Positions 16,840 to 27,029 of a stretch of DNA of 64,000 nt are shown piece by piece; position 1 is the stretch's first letter, and every line of letters starts with the position of its first letter. The notes under the pieces were generated by a model. The model had not been told where the DNA came from, did no database searches, and saw only the letters and a program-made list of their open reading frames with translations. Source of the stretch: an uncultured Gemmatimonadota bacterium (lineage in GTDB: Bacteria; JAAXHH01); assembly GCA_951812955.1 (NCBI GenBank), contig OX638340.1:2272001-2336000 (forward strand), in the 5' to 3' direction. Both the position numbers and the translations under genes were made by a program.

Positions 16840-18084
16840 TCAGCGCATGAAGCACGGAAGCGCCTGGCTGACCGCCGGTGGATGAACGATGCGCTTGACC
16901 AGACTGCCTGATCCGTCGTCCTGCCACTGGATCTGTATGCCCTTCAGGTCGCGCTGGGCGCCGGCCTGGGCGTCGCCGATCGGATAGACACCGAACGGTC
17001 CCAGGACAGTCAGTTTGGAGGTCGCAAACAGAAAGTTGCGTATTGACGCCCGGTCGATTTCCCCGGTGGGCGTAGCGGCCCGGTTGATGCCCTCCGCGAG
17101 CAGCTCCACGGCGCCGAAACCTGCGGCGGCCTGGTAGTCCGGCATCCTGTGGTAGGCCGCTTCGTAGCGTCGTACGAACATCTCGTTCGTGGCGATGTAC
17201 CCCTCCGTGCGGATCGTTGGATCCCAGGCCGCGTTGCTGATGACGCAGCGACCAACCGCGCCTACCTCGTTGATGAAGGTTTCCCCGCTCGCCAGGAGGA
17301 GGGACGTCAGGAGCGGTCTGTATTCCACGGCGTCCACGGCCCGCGCGAACGCGATCGCGTCGTCCGAGTATCCTCCGCCGATGAACAGATCGGCGCCCGC
17401 ATCCCGCGCCATGGCCGCCAGTGCCTCGTGGTCCACGCTGCCCAACGCGTAGGCCTGCTCCATAACGATGTCGAGCCCACTGTTCCGCGCCGCGTCGCGT
17501 ATGCCCTGGGCCACCGCAGTGGGAAAGGCCGTATCCTCCCACACCAAAGCCACCGTGCGGGCGCCGGACTGCGCGGCCAGTTCCACCGATCCCTCGAGAT
17601 AAGTCGGGGCCGGATTCGTCACCTGCACGCTCCACTGCCGTCCCCGGTTCGCCCAGATCACGGGAGCCGCCGCCGCCGAGGAGACGAGCGGGATGCCGGC
17701 TGCTTCCGTCACGCCGATCACGGGTTCGGTGATCCCGCTGCTGTAGGGGCCCAGAAAGGCGGTGATCGAATCCGATGCGATCATCTCCTGATAGAGGCGA
17801 ACGCTCGCATCCGCGTCGCTCCCATCGTCGCGTATCACCAGCTGCACCTTCCGCCCGCCGATGCCGCCCTTCTCGTTCAGCATTTCGACGGCGAGCCTAT
17901 AGCCGCGGCTGACTTCCTCCCCGGGCGTGCTGAGGCGGCCGGTCTCCGCCACGGCCGCCCCAAGCGTGATGGGTTTCGGCGCCGGCGCCGGCGTTGACTC
18001 CGGCCCCATCGGATCTTCGTTGCCGCACGCGGCCAACGACATTGCCAGCGCCATTGCCAGCGCGCCAAGCCATCTTTGTCTCAT
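16840..18084 (-). CDS. ABC transporter substrate-binding lipoprotein, LivJ/LivK (branched-chain amino acid) family
   Basis: 414 aa. Lipobox MSLAAC. ...ITLGAAVAETGRLSTPGEEVSRGYRLAVEMLNEKGGIGGRKVQLVIRDDGSD... is typical of type I periplasmic binding proteins. Confidence 0.8.
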   Translation of the reverse strand: MRQRWLGALAMALAMSLAACGNEDPMGPESTPAPAPKPITLGAAVAETGRLSTPGEEVSRGYRLAVEMLNEKGGIGGRKVQLVIRDDGSDADASVRLYQEMIASDSITAFLGPYSSGITEPVIGVTEAAGIPLVSSAAAAPVIWANRGRQWSVQVTNPAPTYLEGSVELAAQSGARTVALVWEDTAFPTAVAQGIRDAARNSGLDIVMEQAYALGSVDHEALAAMARDAGADLFIGGGYSDDAIAFARAVDAVEYRPLLTSLLLASGETFINEVGAVGRCVISNAAWDPTIRTEGYIATNEMFVRRYEAAYHRMPDYQAAAGFGAVELLAEGINRAATPTGEIDRASIRNFLFATSKLTVLGPFGVYPIGDAQAGAQRDLKGIQIQWQDDGSGSLVKRIVHPPAVSQALPCFMR

Positions 18085-18114
18085 GATAACACCTCATTGA
18101 TCAGAATTGTCCCA

Positions 18115-18435
18115 TCACAACTTCGGATCCGGATCCCCGGTATTCACGCCGCCTTCCTGTATCAGCAGGTAATTCATCGTCGATGCGGCCTGGCGAAACT
18201 TCATCGCCTCCTGGTAGGCCGGATCGTTGTACCATGCCTCGGCCTGCGCCTTGCTGGAAAATTCCAGAATTACCATCCTCCCGTCGTAATCATTGCCCTC
18301 GACGCAGGCGATCTCCTCGCCCCGCGTCAGGAACTTCCCCCCGTACTTCTTGACGATGGGAGGCGTCCGGTCGGTGTATTTACGGTAGATGTCAGGGTCG
18401 TGGATGGACATCATGGAGATGACATAAGCAGGCAT
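18115..18435 (-). CDS. DUF1330-family protein
   Basis: 106 aa: MPAYVISMMSIHDPDIYRKYTDRTPPIVKKYGGKFLTRG...VILEFSSKAQAEAWYNDPAYQEAMKFRQ. Confidence 0.75.
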   Translation of the reverse strand: MPAYVISMMSIHDPDIYRKYTDRTPPIVKKYGGKFLTRGEEIACVEGNDYDGRMVILEFSSKAQAEAWYNDPAYQEAMKFRQAASTMNYLLIQEGGVNTGDPDPKL

Positions 18436-18578
18436 TGAAGGTGCTCTCCTGTCTGGTTGGCGTGACCTGGTATGGACTCACTTCAGGGTAGTTCAGCAAG
18501 AGCCGACTTGGCTTCCCAAAACACACGCTGAGCCACAAAGGATGCTTTGGAGGCGGAAGCACCTGTGGCGTCATGGCG

Positions 18579-20246
18579 TCAATCGACCTCGTCCGGATGG
18601 TCCCCTTCCACAATCCGCTCCGCCCGGTGGGTCTTTCCATCCTGGAGAAAGAGGAAATGGTCCACGTTTCCCATCTCGTCCCGGACGAAGGTGATCCGGG
18701 CGTCCTCTACTTCCAGGTAGAAGTCCCCTGAAGATTCGAGGATCAGTTCGCTTCGGGGCTGGCCGGGGGGCTGGCCGTAGAGCTTTCCGTCGCTGTAGGT
18801 GATGTCCACGGTAAACTCGGGGGAGAACGTGTAGGTTCCGGTGCATGCCTCGTAGGCGTCCTCGCTCAGGCGTACGGTCTTCATTGGGGGCGGCGCCAGG
18901 GGATTCCGGGCGCTCAGCAGGTGGAAGCCGATGTCCTCGACGTTGGCCGAGCTGTTGGACAGGACCACGACGCCCTTTCGCCACGCCTTGAGGAAGGCGG
19001 CGAATGCGTAGAACCCGTTGGTCCGGCCGGTGAGCCAGTGGATTTCTCGGCCTTGTTCGTCCTGGCGCACCTTCCAGCCCAGCGCGGTCCGGACGCCCTC
19101 TTCGTCAGTCGGTTCCCTGGCCACGATGAGGCTGTCGAAGGACGCGTGGTAGCGGGTCGAATCGTCTTCGGTGAAGTCTTCCGGCAACGCGTAGATGATA
19201 CCCATGTTGGCCGACACCAGGGTCATCATGTCGTGGAGATTGGACCGCAGCCCCGTGCCGCCCACGAGGGTCGTATCGGACCAGGCGTGCACGGGGCGGC
19301 GGGCTTCGTCGTGTCCGGTCGCCAGATACGTCCGCATGGACTGCGAAGGCGCGTTGGCCGTGTTGGCCAGCTTGATAGGATCGCCGAGCATCTCCCGGAC
19401 CAGGTCGTCGTATGATTCGCCGGTAGCCCGTTCCAATACGTGTCCCAGGAGTCCCATTCCGAGATCTGAATAGGCATAGGGGGCGTCCGTCGAGTAGCGG
19501 TCTTCCGTCTCGAAGGGATCGTCTCCTACCGGATCCTGTCCTTCCGGATCATCTCTCTCCAAAACGTTGTAACCAAACTGGGCCCCAAGCCCGTCGCGCT
19601 GCGCGTCCGTGTACCCGGCGAGGTATTCGTACAGCAACTCCACCGAATATCCCTTCAACGGATCGTCCGGATCGTCCGAAACCAGGTTGTCCGGCACGCG
19701 GGGCAGTCCCGAGGTGTGGGTGGCGAGGTGCTCAATCAGGATGGGGCGTCCGGCGGGTGTCGCCGGCACGGTCACCGTATCCGGGAGATAGACGGACACC
19801 CGGTCGGTCAGGTTCAGGTCGCCCCGCTGGACCAGGAGGGACAGCATGGCCGTCGTATACAGGCTGCTCAACTGGCCGATCTCGAAGACCGTCATGGCGC
19901 TCGCGCGCCGTATCGTGCCGCGGTTAAACGTGCCGTGGGCGTAGACGTACCGGTTGATGCCTCGGATGATCCCGGCGACGATGCCCACCGTCTGGCCGTA
20001 TTCATCGACGCGTTCGCGAAGCACGCGCTGTACGGGGTCCTCTTCCTCGACCTCTTCCGCACCGGAGCTTCCCGCGCTGCTGGGCGTATTGCTCCTCGCG
20101 CCCTGCGCATAGGCCGAGTCCTGCGCATAGGTCGTGCCCTGCGCATATGCCGAGCCCAGCGCGCGCGCCGGTGTGGACACGGCGAGCGTATAACAGATGC
20201 CGAAACAACACAACCACATGAGAAAACGGCCCGTGAATGACCGCAT
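18579..20246 (-). CDS. secreted beta-lactamase/serine-hydrolase-fold protein, apparently lacking the SxxK catalytic motif
   Basis: 555 aa with signal peptide. Class C/esterase-like blocks (...TVFEIGQLSSLYTTAMLSLLVQRG..., ...YAYSDLGMGLLG..., ...VGGTGLRS...). Where FEIGSxSKTFT is expected it reads FEIGQLSSLYT. Extra C-terminal domain. Confidence 0.7.
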   Translation of the reverse strand: MRSFTGRFLMWLCCFGICYTLAVSTPARALGSAYAQGTTYAQDSAYAQGARSNTPSSAGSSGAEEVEEEDPVQRVLRERVDEYGQTVGIVAGIIRGINRYVYAHGTFNRGTIRRASAMTVFEIGQLSSLYTTAMLSLLVQRGDLNLTDRVSVYLPDTVTVPATPAGRPILIEHLATHTSGLPRVPDNLVSDDPDDPLKGYSVELLYEYLAGYTDAQRDGLGAQFGYNVLERDDPEGQDPVGDDPFETEDRYSTDAPYAYSDLGMGLLGHVLERATGESYDDLVREMLGDPIKLANTANAPSQSMRTYLATGHDEARRPVHAWSDTTLVGGTGLRSNLHDMMTLVSANMGIIYALPEDFTEDDSTRYHASFDSLIVAREPTDEEGVRTALGWKVRQDEQGREIHWLTGRTNGFYAFAAFLKAWRKGVVVLSNSSANVEDIGFHLLSARNPLAPPPMKTVRLSEDAYEACTGTYTFSPEFTVDITYSDGKLYGQPPGQPRSELILESSGDFYLEVEDARITFVRDEMGNVDHFLFLQDGKTHRAERIVEGDHPDEVD

Positions 20247-20270
20247 GAGTCTGATCCTCTCCGAGTGTGC

Positions 20271-21059
20271 TTAGTGCCGCGGTACCAGCACTTCGTTGGC
20301 GCTGTCCAGCCGGACGGGTTTCGCGTAGTGATACACGTTGACGCCCTCGGCGACCGGCGTGGGCACCCGGACGATGAACTCCACCCAGTCAGGTGTATTA
20401 AACGCGGCGAAGGCCAGTTCGATCCCTTCCATCATGTCTTCCGGGTCGCGGGTCAGGTCCGGCAGCAGTACCGGGCCCGTGTCCGGCTGGTAGATCCAGT
20501 CCCGCTCGTTGGCATTGATCGTCTTGACCGGGTATTCGAGCACCGCGGCGTACCGGTCGTTCCCGATGGTCGTCCGGGCGTTCAGGGGGACGTTGCCGAG
20601 GACGGCCTCGACGATGGTCCGCGGCGTCTCCAGAAGGCGGCCGTCCACGCGGGACAGGTCGATCCGGACGTCGTCGAAGGTCTCCGCGATGGCGACGATC
20701 TGCCGCTCGGGCTGCTCTCCCAGGGAGGGCGGGTAGAGCGTGGCGCCCCGGTTCGCCACCTCGTAGGTCTTGATGGCCATGAAGGTGTCCGACGAGAAGA
20801 TCGGCTTGAAGTCCGCGCTGGGGATGTGCCAGATATCCCGCTCCACCCCGACCTGTTCGGTCTTGCAACTCACCCCCAGGACGTATTCTTCCCGGAACCC
20901 GCCGTCCTTCCCGGTCACGGTCAGGGTGGCCTCTATGGGAATGCGGGCGTTATTCAGGGAATAGGGCACCTTCTGGGTCACGGTCTTCGGCGGTTTCTTC
21001 TCGGAATCCACGCGAAAGGTAAAATAGGAACGCGCGAAATCGATGGTCTGCATGGGCAT
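20271..21059 (-). CDS. hypothetical protein (no recognised family)
   Basis: ORF with coding-like composition. Start set at the ATG preceded by CAGGAG (MPMQTIDFARSYF...). No signal peptide or motif recognised. Confidence 0.5.
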   Translation of the reverse strand: MPMQTIDFARSYFTFRVDSEKKPPKTVTQKVPYSLNNARIPIEATLTVTGKDGGFREEYVLGVSCKTEQVGVERDIWHIPSADFKPIFSSDTFMAIKTYEVANRGATLYPPSLGEQPERQIVAIAETFDDVRIDLSRVDGRLLETPRTIVEAVLGNVPLNARTTIGNDRYAAVLEYPVKTINANERDWIYQPDTGPVLLPDLTRDPEDMMEGIELAFAAFNTPDWVEFIVRVPTPVAEGVNVYHYAKPVRLDSANEVLVPRH

Positions 21060-21138
21060 GGGCACTCCTGAAAGGTTCTGCAGCAACCGGCTATGGACTA
21101 CTTGATCCAGATGCAGCCTACAAATGGTTTTTCAACAT

Positions 21139-21192
21139 CTGATTATGGACTACTTGACGCGACTGATTATGGACTACTTGTGATTATGTACC
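21139..21192. repeat. 24-bp tandem repeat x2 plus partial (core GATTATGGACTACTTG; a further degenerate copy at 21091-21104)
   Basis: ctgattatggactacttgacgcga / ctgattatggactacttg / tgattatgtacc, in the spacer between the permease stop and the next gene's start. Confidence 0.85.
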
Positions 21193-21222
21193 TTCTGTTC
21201 CAGACGCAGATTAAAATGGGTC

Positions 21223-21267
21223 CTGGACACGGTTATTCATACCTTCTGGACACGGTTATTCATACCT
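21223..21267. repeat. exact 23-bp-period tandem duplication spanning the permease stop codon
   Basis: ctggacacggttattcatacct at 21223-21244 and 21246-21267. The second copy encodes ...RYE* of the minus-strand gene (TAA at 21256-21258). Confidence 0.9.
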
Positions 21268-23718
21268 CAATGCATGCACAGGGTCGGACAGCGTGGTCTT
21301 CAACGTATGATACATCACAGTCAGCAGAGCGATCATCGTGACGAAAGCCCCTACGAGACCGAAGATGCCAAGATTGACCACGGCGTGATACGCAAACTCC
21401 TGAATCCACGTCATCATCATCGTGTACGCAATTGGCCAGGCTATGGCGTTTGCGATGAGTGACAAAATGACCACCTCGCGGCATTGCAGGGTTAACAGAC
21501 TCAGAAAAGTCGCTCCCAGTGCCTTTCGTATCCCCACTTCCCTGATGCGTTTTCTTGTCGTGTATGAAACAAGGCCGGTCAGGCCCAGGCAAGCGATAAG
21601 AACCGCTATCAGCGAAAAACTGCCGAGTATCGTAATCAGTCTGTTCTCTTCGTTATAGAACTGTGCGGTGTCTTCATCCAGGAAGTAGTAGGCAAATGCG
21701 AAGTCCGGATTGATGTCCCTCCATGTCTCCTCGATGAATGCCAGGGTTTCCTCGTAGTTCTCCGAACCGAGTTTAATGGACACATTCCAGAATTCATCTG
21801 ATGCGAGCATGGCGAGCGGTTCGATTTCCGACCTTAAGCTATTGTAATGAAAGTCATTTACTACCCCGATTACCGTTCTGAAGGATTCAGCGGCCTCCCC
21901 GGACGCTGACATGCCGCGGGGCGCAATCCACCTTATCCTTTCTCCCACGGCTCCTTCAGCAGAATCCCAGCCGGCTTTCGCGGCCGCGCGCTCGTTGAGA
22001 ATGATTGAACGCCTGTCTTCCGCCGCCAGGGTACTCGAGAAAAAACGTCCTGCTTTCATGGTCATGCCAAGCGTACGGAGGTAGTCGGCGTCGACCCAAA
22101 AGGTCCTTACCTGGATTTGCCCTCCGTCGTCTGCGGTTATCGGCCGTATGGTCGTTTGTAGCGGCGGTCTTCCCGGGGGCATGTCGGACCCGGAAACACT
22201 GAGTACGCTATGGTGTTCAAGCAGTCTTTCTTTCAGGGCCGAGAATGTATTTACGACAGGAGTGAATGTGAGCGGAATGACGACTATCCGTTGGTTGTCA
22301 TAGCCCAGGTCCTTGTCCCGGATGTAATCTATTTGCTGATACACGATGCAGGTAGCGATTATCAGAACAGTCGATATGGTGAATTGAAACACGACCAGCG
22401 TTTGACGCAGCGACGCCTTTTTTATCCCTCTGCTAATCCCGCTTTTAAGTACGTCAATCGGTTTGTAAGATGAAAGCAGGAGGGCGGGGTAAATGCCGGA
22501 GACAAGTCCAACCATCAGCGAAGTGCCGAGTAACGCCGGTATCAACTCGGAGATATCATAACTGATCTGGTCTGCTGACGCTGTCATCATACTGCTGAAC
22601 ACGGGAAGCAGGAACTCGATCATTCCCCAAGCGATAGGCAAGGCGATGATGGCGATAAACACAGACTCTCCGATATGCTGTGCCATCAGTTGGGCTCGTT
22701 GCGCTCCCAGCGTTTTACGCAGTCCTATTTCACCTGCACGGCCGCTCGAGTACGCGGTAGCGAGATTGATGAAGTTCACACAGGCAATCATCAGTATCAG
22801 TACCGCTACGGCGCCGTAGAGGAAAACAGTTGAAATACTGCCGTTTGGTTCCAACTCACCCATGCGACTAGAGTAAAGATGAATGGATGTCAGGGGTTGC
22901 AGAGTGAGGTCAAAAGTAATTTGCTCACTTTCAAACCGGGGATTCACGTGCCTGGAAACAAACTCGGGAAACTTGGTGGTCAATTCACCGGGGATGGAAG
23001 CCGGTGTGAGCAACAAGTAAACATGGCTGCGGTTCCAAAGATCCCAGGTGTACCGCTCATCCGGCCTAAAACTGACCGATGATTCACGTTGATGTGCGAG
23101 AAAATCATAATTCATGTGCGAGTTTGGTGGCAGGTCTCGCATTACCCCCACGATACGATAGTCCCAGGTATCTTCGGCGCGAATCGTTTTACCTATGGGA
23201 TCGGCATCCTTGAAGTACTTCAGCGCCATGGATTCGGACAAAACGACCGTAAAGGCGTCTTTCAGCGCGGTTTCGGGGTTTCCTTGAACGAATTCGACCG
23301 AAAAAACATCGAAAAACGTGGAGTCCGTGTGATAGAACCCCTTTTCATAGAATCGATTTTCGCCGTGGGCTATCATGTAGGAAGAACCCGGTTTCAGAAC
23401 GGTCACCGACGCTTGAATTTCCGGGAACTCCTCTTTCAGGACGCTGACCAGGGGGGTCAAGGCAGCAGCGGTTTCCGTGGTGCTGTTCGGACTGTGTATG
23501 TCCATCGCCACGCGGTATATTCTGTCTGAATTCACATTGAACCGATCGAAACTCAGTTCGAACCGCATGTAGAGCATAATCATCACGAAACATGTTACGC
23601 CAATTGTAAGACCCACTACATTGATGGATACATAAGCCTTATTGTTCCACAGGTGGCGAACAGTAGTCCTTAAAATGTTACTGATCAGCGACGCAGGAAG
23701 AAACCCGGTAGCGGCCAT
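21256..23718 (-). CDS. orphan FtsX/MacB-type ABC permease (two FtsX domains, large periplasmic domains), lower GC than neighbours
   Basis: Start at MAATGFLPASLISNILRTTVRHLWNNKAYVSINVVGLTIG (typical N-terminus of this family). ~820 aa. Two ...REIGIRKxLGA... FtsX motifs. No ATPase gene adjacent. Confidence 0.85.
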   Translation of the reverse strand: MAATGFLPASLISNILRTTVRHLWNNKAYVSINVVGLTIGVTCFVMIMLYMRFELSFDRFNVNSDRIYRVAMDIHSPNSTTETAAALTPLVSVLKEEFPEIQASVTVLKPGSSYMIAHGENRFYEKGFYHTDSTFFDVFSVEFVQGNPETALKDAFTVVLSESMALKYFKDADPIGKTIRAEDTWDYRIVGVMRDLPPNSHMNYDFLAHQRESSVSFRPDERYTWDLWNRSHVYLLLTPASIPGELTTKFPEFVSRHVNPRFESEQITFDLTLQPLTSIHLYSSRMGELEPNGSISTVFLYGAVAVLILMIACVNFINLATAYSSGRAGEIGLRKTLGAQRAQLMAQHIGESVFIAIIALPIAWGMIEFLLPVFSSMMTASADQISYDISELIPALLGTSLMVGLVSGIYPALLLSSYKPIDVLKSGISRGIKKASLRQTLVVFQFTISTVLIIATCIVYQQIDYIRDKDLGYDNQRIVVIPLTFTPVVNTFSALKERLLEHHSVLSVSGSDMPPGRPPLQTTIRPITADDGGQIQVRTFWVDADYLRTLGMTMKAGRFFSSTLAAEDRRSIILNERAAAKAGWDSAEGAVGERIRWIAPRGMSASGEAAESFRTVIGVVNDFHYNSLRSEIEPLAMLASDEFWNVSIKLGSENYEETLAFIEETWRDINPDFAFAYYFLDEDTAQFYNEENRLITILGSFSLIAVLIACLGLTGLVSYTTRKRIREVGIRKALGATFLSLLTLQCREVVILSLIANAIAWPIAYTMMMTWIQEFAYHAVVNLGIFGLVGAFVTMIALLTVMYHTLKTTLSDPVHALRYE

Positions 23719-23852
23719 GGCGGATCTCCAGCAGCTTAAAACGGGATTTCGTACAGGAAGCAGAAGCCACCCCAACCTTATGCGGACAATATAGTGTTCC
23801 CCTCGACTTTTCGGTACGACATTACAGGCGTAACGCGGCAACCAGGAGCACC

Positions 23853-25697
23853 ATGTCAAGCGAACTGACCAGGACCTACCGCCCGTTCTCGGACTCCCGC
23901 CCCTACACCCGCTGGTGGTGGTTCTACGATGACATCAGGGCGGTGGACATCCGGACGCAGTTGCGATGGGTGCGGGACCAGGGATTCGGTGGCGTGGAGA
24001 TCGCCTTCATGTATCCGCAGCCAGGGTCCGGTGAAGGGCCCCACTGGCTGAGCGAGGCGTGGACCGACTTGGTCGCCTTCGCCAAGGAAGAGGCGGACCG
24101 GCTCGGGATCGGATGCGACTTCACCTTCAGCACGTCCTGGCCCTTCGGTGGGTCGATCGTTCCCGAGGAGGACGCGGGACAGGTATTCGGCGGGCCGGCG
24201 ACCCAGCGCCTGGAAAAGTCGTGGGAACTGTCCTATTTCGGCCGCGGCCGGATCCTGAACCACCTGGACACGGGCGCGTTCAGCCGTTACGCCGAGCAGG
24301 TAGGTGGCGCACTGAAACCCGCCCTGCGCGGTACGACCTCGGGAATGTTCTCCGATTCGTGGGAGGTTTTCCCGGAGGGCCTCTGGAGCGCCCACCTGGA
24401 CCCCGTCTTCAGGGATCGTTTCGGGTACGACCTGGAACCGTTCAAGGCATGTATCGACCAGCATCCCGACGTGCGGTACGATTACCGGAAGATCCTGTCG
24501 GATGCGGCGATCGAGGGCTTCTTCAGGCCCTATGCCGAGGTTTGCCACCGCCTCGGCGCCGTGAGCCGCGTGCAGTGTCACGGGGCGCCGACGGACCTGC
24601 TGGCCGCTTTCGCGCTCGTGGACGTCCCGGAATCGGAGGCCCTGCTGTTCGAGACGTTCTTCTCGGCCATACCGGGTTCGGCCGCGGCCCTGGGCTCTCG
24701 GCCCGTGGTGACCTGCGAGACGTTCACCTGTATCTACGGCTACGCGCCATGGCCCGCGCCGTCACCCCATCACGGCGAGGAGAAGGTGGAGGACATGAAG
24801 CTCATGGCGGACGCGGTGTTCGCCAACGGCGTCAACCACATCGTCTGGCACGGCATGCCCTACAACGCGCCGGGCGGGAACAACACCTTCTACGCGACCA
24901 CGCACGTCGGTCCGGGCAGCGGATTCGCCGGCCGGCTTCCGGCCTTCAACGCCTACATGGCCGAGGCCTCCGATTTCGTCAAGCAGGGCAGAACGTATAC
25001 GGACGTGGCCGTGTACCTCCCACTGGAAGACCACTGGATGTGCCATACGCTGCCCGAGGAACGGCGCGGACCGGCCGCGAACTATTACTGGGAACTGCAA
25101 ACCGTCGAACGGCCCGGTGCCTTGCTTGGGTACCATCCCCTCTGGATATCGACGCCTTTTCTGGAGGAAGCGGAGGTGGAGGACGGCCGCGTTCGATATG
25201 GAGAGGCAGTCTTTTCCGTATTGTATGTGGACGTGGAATGGCTGGACGGCGAAGCCCTGTCGGCCCTGCAGCGGCTGGCAAGGGAAGGTGCGCATATCGT
25301 CATTCCGCGCAGGCCTGCCGCGCCCGGCCACCGTCCGCCTGCGGATTACGAGGATCGCCTGAAACAACTGATGAGCCAACCAGCGGTTACCACTGATCCG
25401 GGTGAGGCGCTGCGGCATCCTCCCCTCGTGAGCGGCCTGGACACGCCGGAATTCTGGTGCAGGGAGGTCGACGGCGACTACCACCTATACTTCGCCCATC
25501 CCGATACGAAGCGCATCCGGTACCCCATGGCCTACGAGGGCTGGCGTTCCACGGGCCTGGTCGAGCGGGAAGTAGTCCTGCATGTCAACAGCCGGGAGCG
25601 GACGGTGCGCCTGGCCTTCGAGCCCGAAGATGCCATGCTGGTCAGGGTATCGGCCACGGGCGCGGTGGACGTGGAACCGGGGCGTGTTGATGAGTGA
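23853..25697 (+). CDS. putative glycoside hydrolase (GH106/rhamnosidase-like family pattern)
   Basis: 614 aa. N-terminal ...RPYTRWWWFYDDIRAVDIRTQLRWVRDQGFGGVEIAF... and later ...VQCHGAPTDLL...DVPESE... resemble proteins annotated as glycosyl hydrolases. Family assignment is tentative. Confidence 0.45.
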   Translation: MSSELTRTYRPFSDSRPYTRWWWFYDDIRAVDIRTQLRWVRDQGFGGVEIAFMYPQPGSGEGPHWLSEAWTDLVAFAKEEADRLGIGCDFTFSTSWPFGGSIVPEEDAGQVFGGPATQRLEKSWELSYFGRGRILNHLDTGAFSRYAEQVGGALKPALRGTTSGMFSDSWEVFPEGLWSAHLDPVFRDRFGYDLEPFKACIDQHPDVRYDYRKILSDAAIEGFFRPYAEVCHRLGAVSRVQCHGAPTDLLAAFALVDVPESEALLFETFFSAIPGSAAALGSRPVVTCETFTCIYGYAPWPAPSPHHGEEKVEDMKLMADAVFANGVNHIVWHGMPYNAPGGNNTFYATTHVGPGSGFAGRLPAFNAYMAEASDFVKQGRTYTDVAVYLPLEDHWMCHTLPEERRGPAANYYWELQTVERPGALLGYHPLWISTPFLEEAEVEDGRVRYGEAVFSVLYVDVEWLDGEALSALQRLAREGAHIVIPRRPAAPGHRPPADYEDRLKQLMSQPAVTTDPGEALRHPPLVSGLDTPEFWCREVDGDYHLYFAHPDTKRIRYPMAYEGWRSTGLVEREVVLHVNSRERTVRLAFEPEDAMLVRVSATGAVDVEPGRVDE

Positions 25698-25701
25698 AGC
25701 A

Positions 25702-25837
25702 GCGCATGGATTCATTGCCACATAGGCGCATTGAGGCGTCGCATCAGCACATTGCCGCAAAGATGCATTGGAGCGCCGCGTAAACTCATTGTCGAACAGG
25801 CGCAATGAAGCGGCGCATAGATTTACTGCCGCAAAAG
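25702..25837. repeat. degenerate ~37-bp tandem repeat, ~3.7 units
   Basis: gcgcatggattcattgccacatag / gcgcattgaggcgtcgcatcagcacattgccgcaaag / atgcattggagcgccgcgtaaactcattgtcgaacag / gcgcaatgaagcggcgcatagatttactgccgcaaaag. Intergenic, just upstream of the M29 peptidase gene. Confidence 0.75.
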
Positions 25838-25871
25838 CGTATCGAAAACCAACCACGGAGACTTAACACCC

Positions 25872-26987
25872 ATGCACGACCCACGATATGGTGACCTGGC
25901 GAAGGTGCTTACCGGACACTCGACGAAGATCCAGCCGGGAGACCGGGTACTCATCGAGGCCTTCGACGTGCCCGATGAAATGGTTATCTCGCTCATCCGG
26001 ACGATCCGGGAAGCGGGCGGCGTTCCGCTGGTCTCCATCAAGCACCAGCGCGTCATGCGGGAACTGGTCCATGCCGGGGACGAGGCCGCGATGGAAGCCG
26101 CCGGCGCCTTTGAATCCCATCGCATGGAGCGGGTGCAGGCCTACATGGCCCTGCGCGGCAGCCGGAACGTGATGGAGATGTCGGACGTGCCTGGCGAAGC
26201 CATGCGGCTCTACGAGCAACGCTGGCTCAAGCCCGTGCACTTCGATATCCGCGTGCCAAAGACCCGGTGGGTGGTGCTGCGCTGGCCGACCCCGTCCATG
26301 GCGCAGCAGGCCGGCACGAGCACCGAGGCCTTCGAGGACTTCTTCTTTGACGTGTGCACCCTGGATTATGGGAAGATGGAAAGGGCCCTCGCGCCGCTGA
26401 AGGAGCACATGGACCGCACCGACCGTGTCCGGCTCACAGGTCCGGGTACCGACTTGAGCTTCAGTATAAGGGACATCCCCACCGTCGGATGCTCGGGCGA
26501 CCGTAACATTCCCGACGGCGAGTGCTTTACCGCGCCGGTGCGCGATTCGGTCAATGGCGTCATTACGTTCAACACGCCGACGCTGTATCACGGCGTGACG
26601 TTTACGGACGTGCAGTTGAGATTCGAAGACGGCAAGATAGCGGAGGCGAGCGGCAACCGGACGGAGAAGCTCAACGAGATCTTCGACACCGATGAGGGGG
26701 CGCGCTACATCGGCGAATTCGCCATCGGCTTCAATCCCCACATCACCGCGCCCATGCTGGACATTCTCTTCGACGAGAAGATCGCGGGTTCCTTCCACTT
26801 CACGCCCGGACAGGCCTACGAGGAAGCGGACAACGGCAATCGATCCGCCGTGCACTGGGACATGGTCATGATCCAGACGCCGGAATACGGCGGCGGGACC
26901 ATCGAGTTCGATGGGGAAGTAATCAGGAAAGACGGGATATTCGTCGTTCCGGAACTCGAGGGCCTGAATCCGGAACGATTGAGGTGA
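25872..26987 (+). CDS. M29-family aminopeptidase (AmpS/PepS-like)
   Basis: 371 aa: ...[12 protein letters not shown]...[11 protein letters not shown]...GEFAIGFNP...[16 protein letters not shown].... Confidence 0.85.
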   Translation: MHDPRYGDLAKVLTGHSTKIQPGDRVLIEAFDVPDEMVISLIRTIREAGGVPLVSIKHQRVMRELVHAGDEAAMEAAGAFESHRMERVQAYMALRGSRNVMEMSDVPGEAMRLYEQRWLKPVHFDIRVPKTRWVVLRWPTPSMAQQAGTSTEAFEDFFFDVCTLDYGKMERALAPLKEHMDRTDRVRLTGPGTDLSFSIRDIPTVGCSGDRNIPDGECFTAPVRDSVNGVITFNTPTLYHGVTFTDVQLRFEDGKIAEASGNRTEKLNEIFDTDEGARYIGEFAIGFNPHITAPMLDILFDEKIAGSFHFTPGQAYEEADNGNRSAVHWDMVMIQTPEYGGGTIEFDGEVIRKDGIFVVPELEGLNPERLR

Positions 26988-27029
26988 AACAGGCGCGCTA
27001 CGACGACGCGGAGAAGATCGAAGAAAGTC

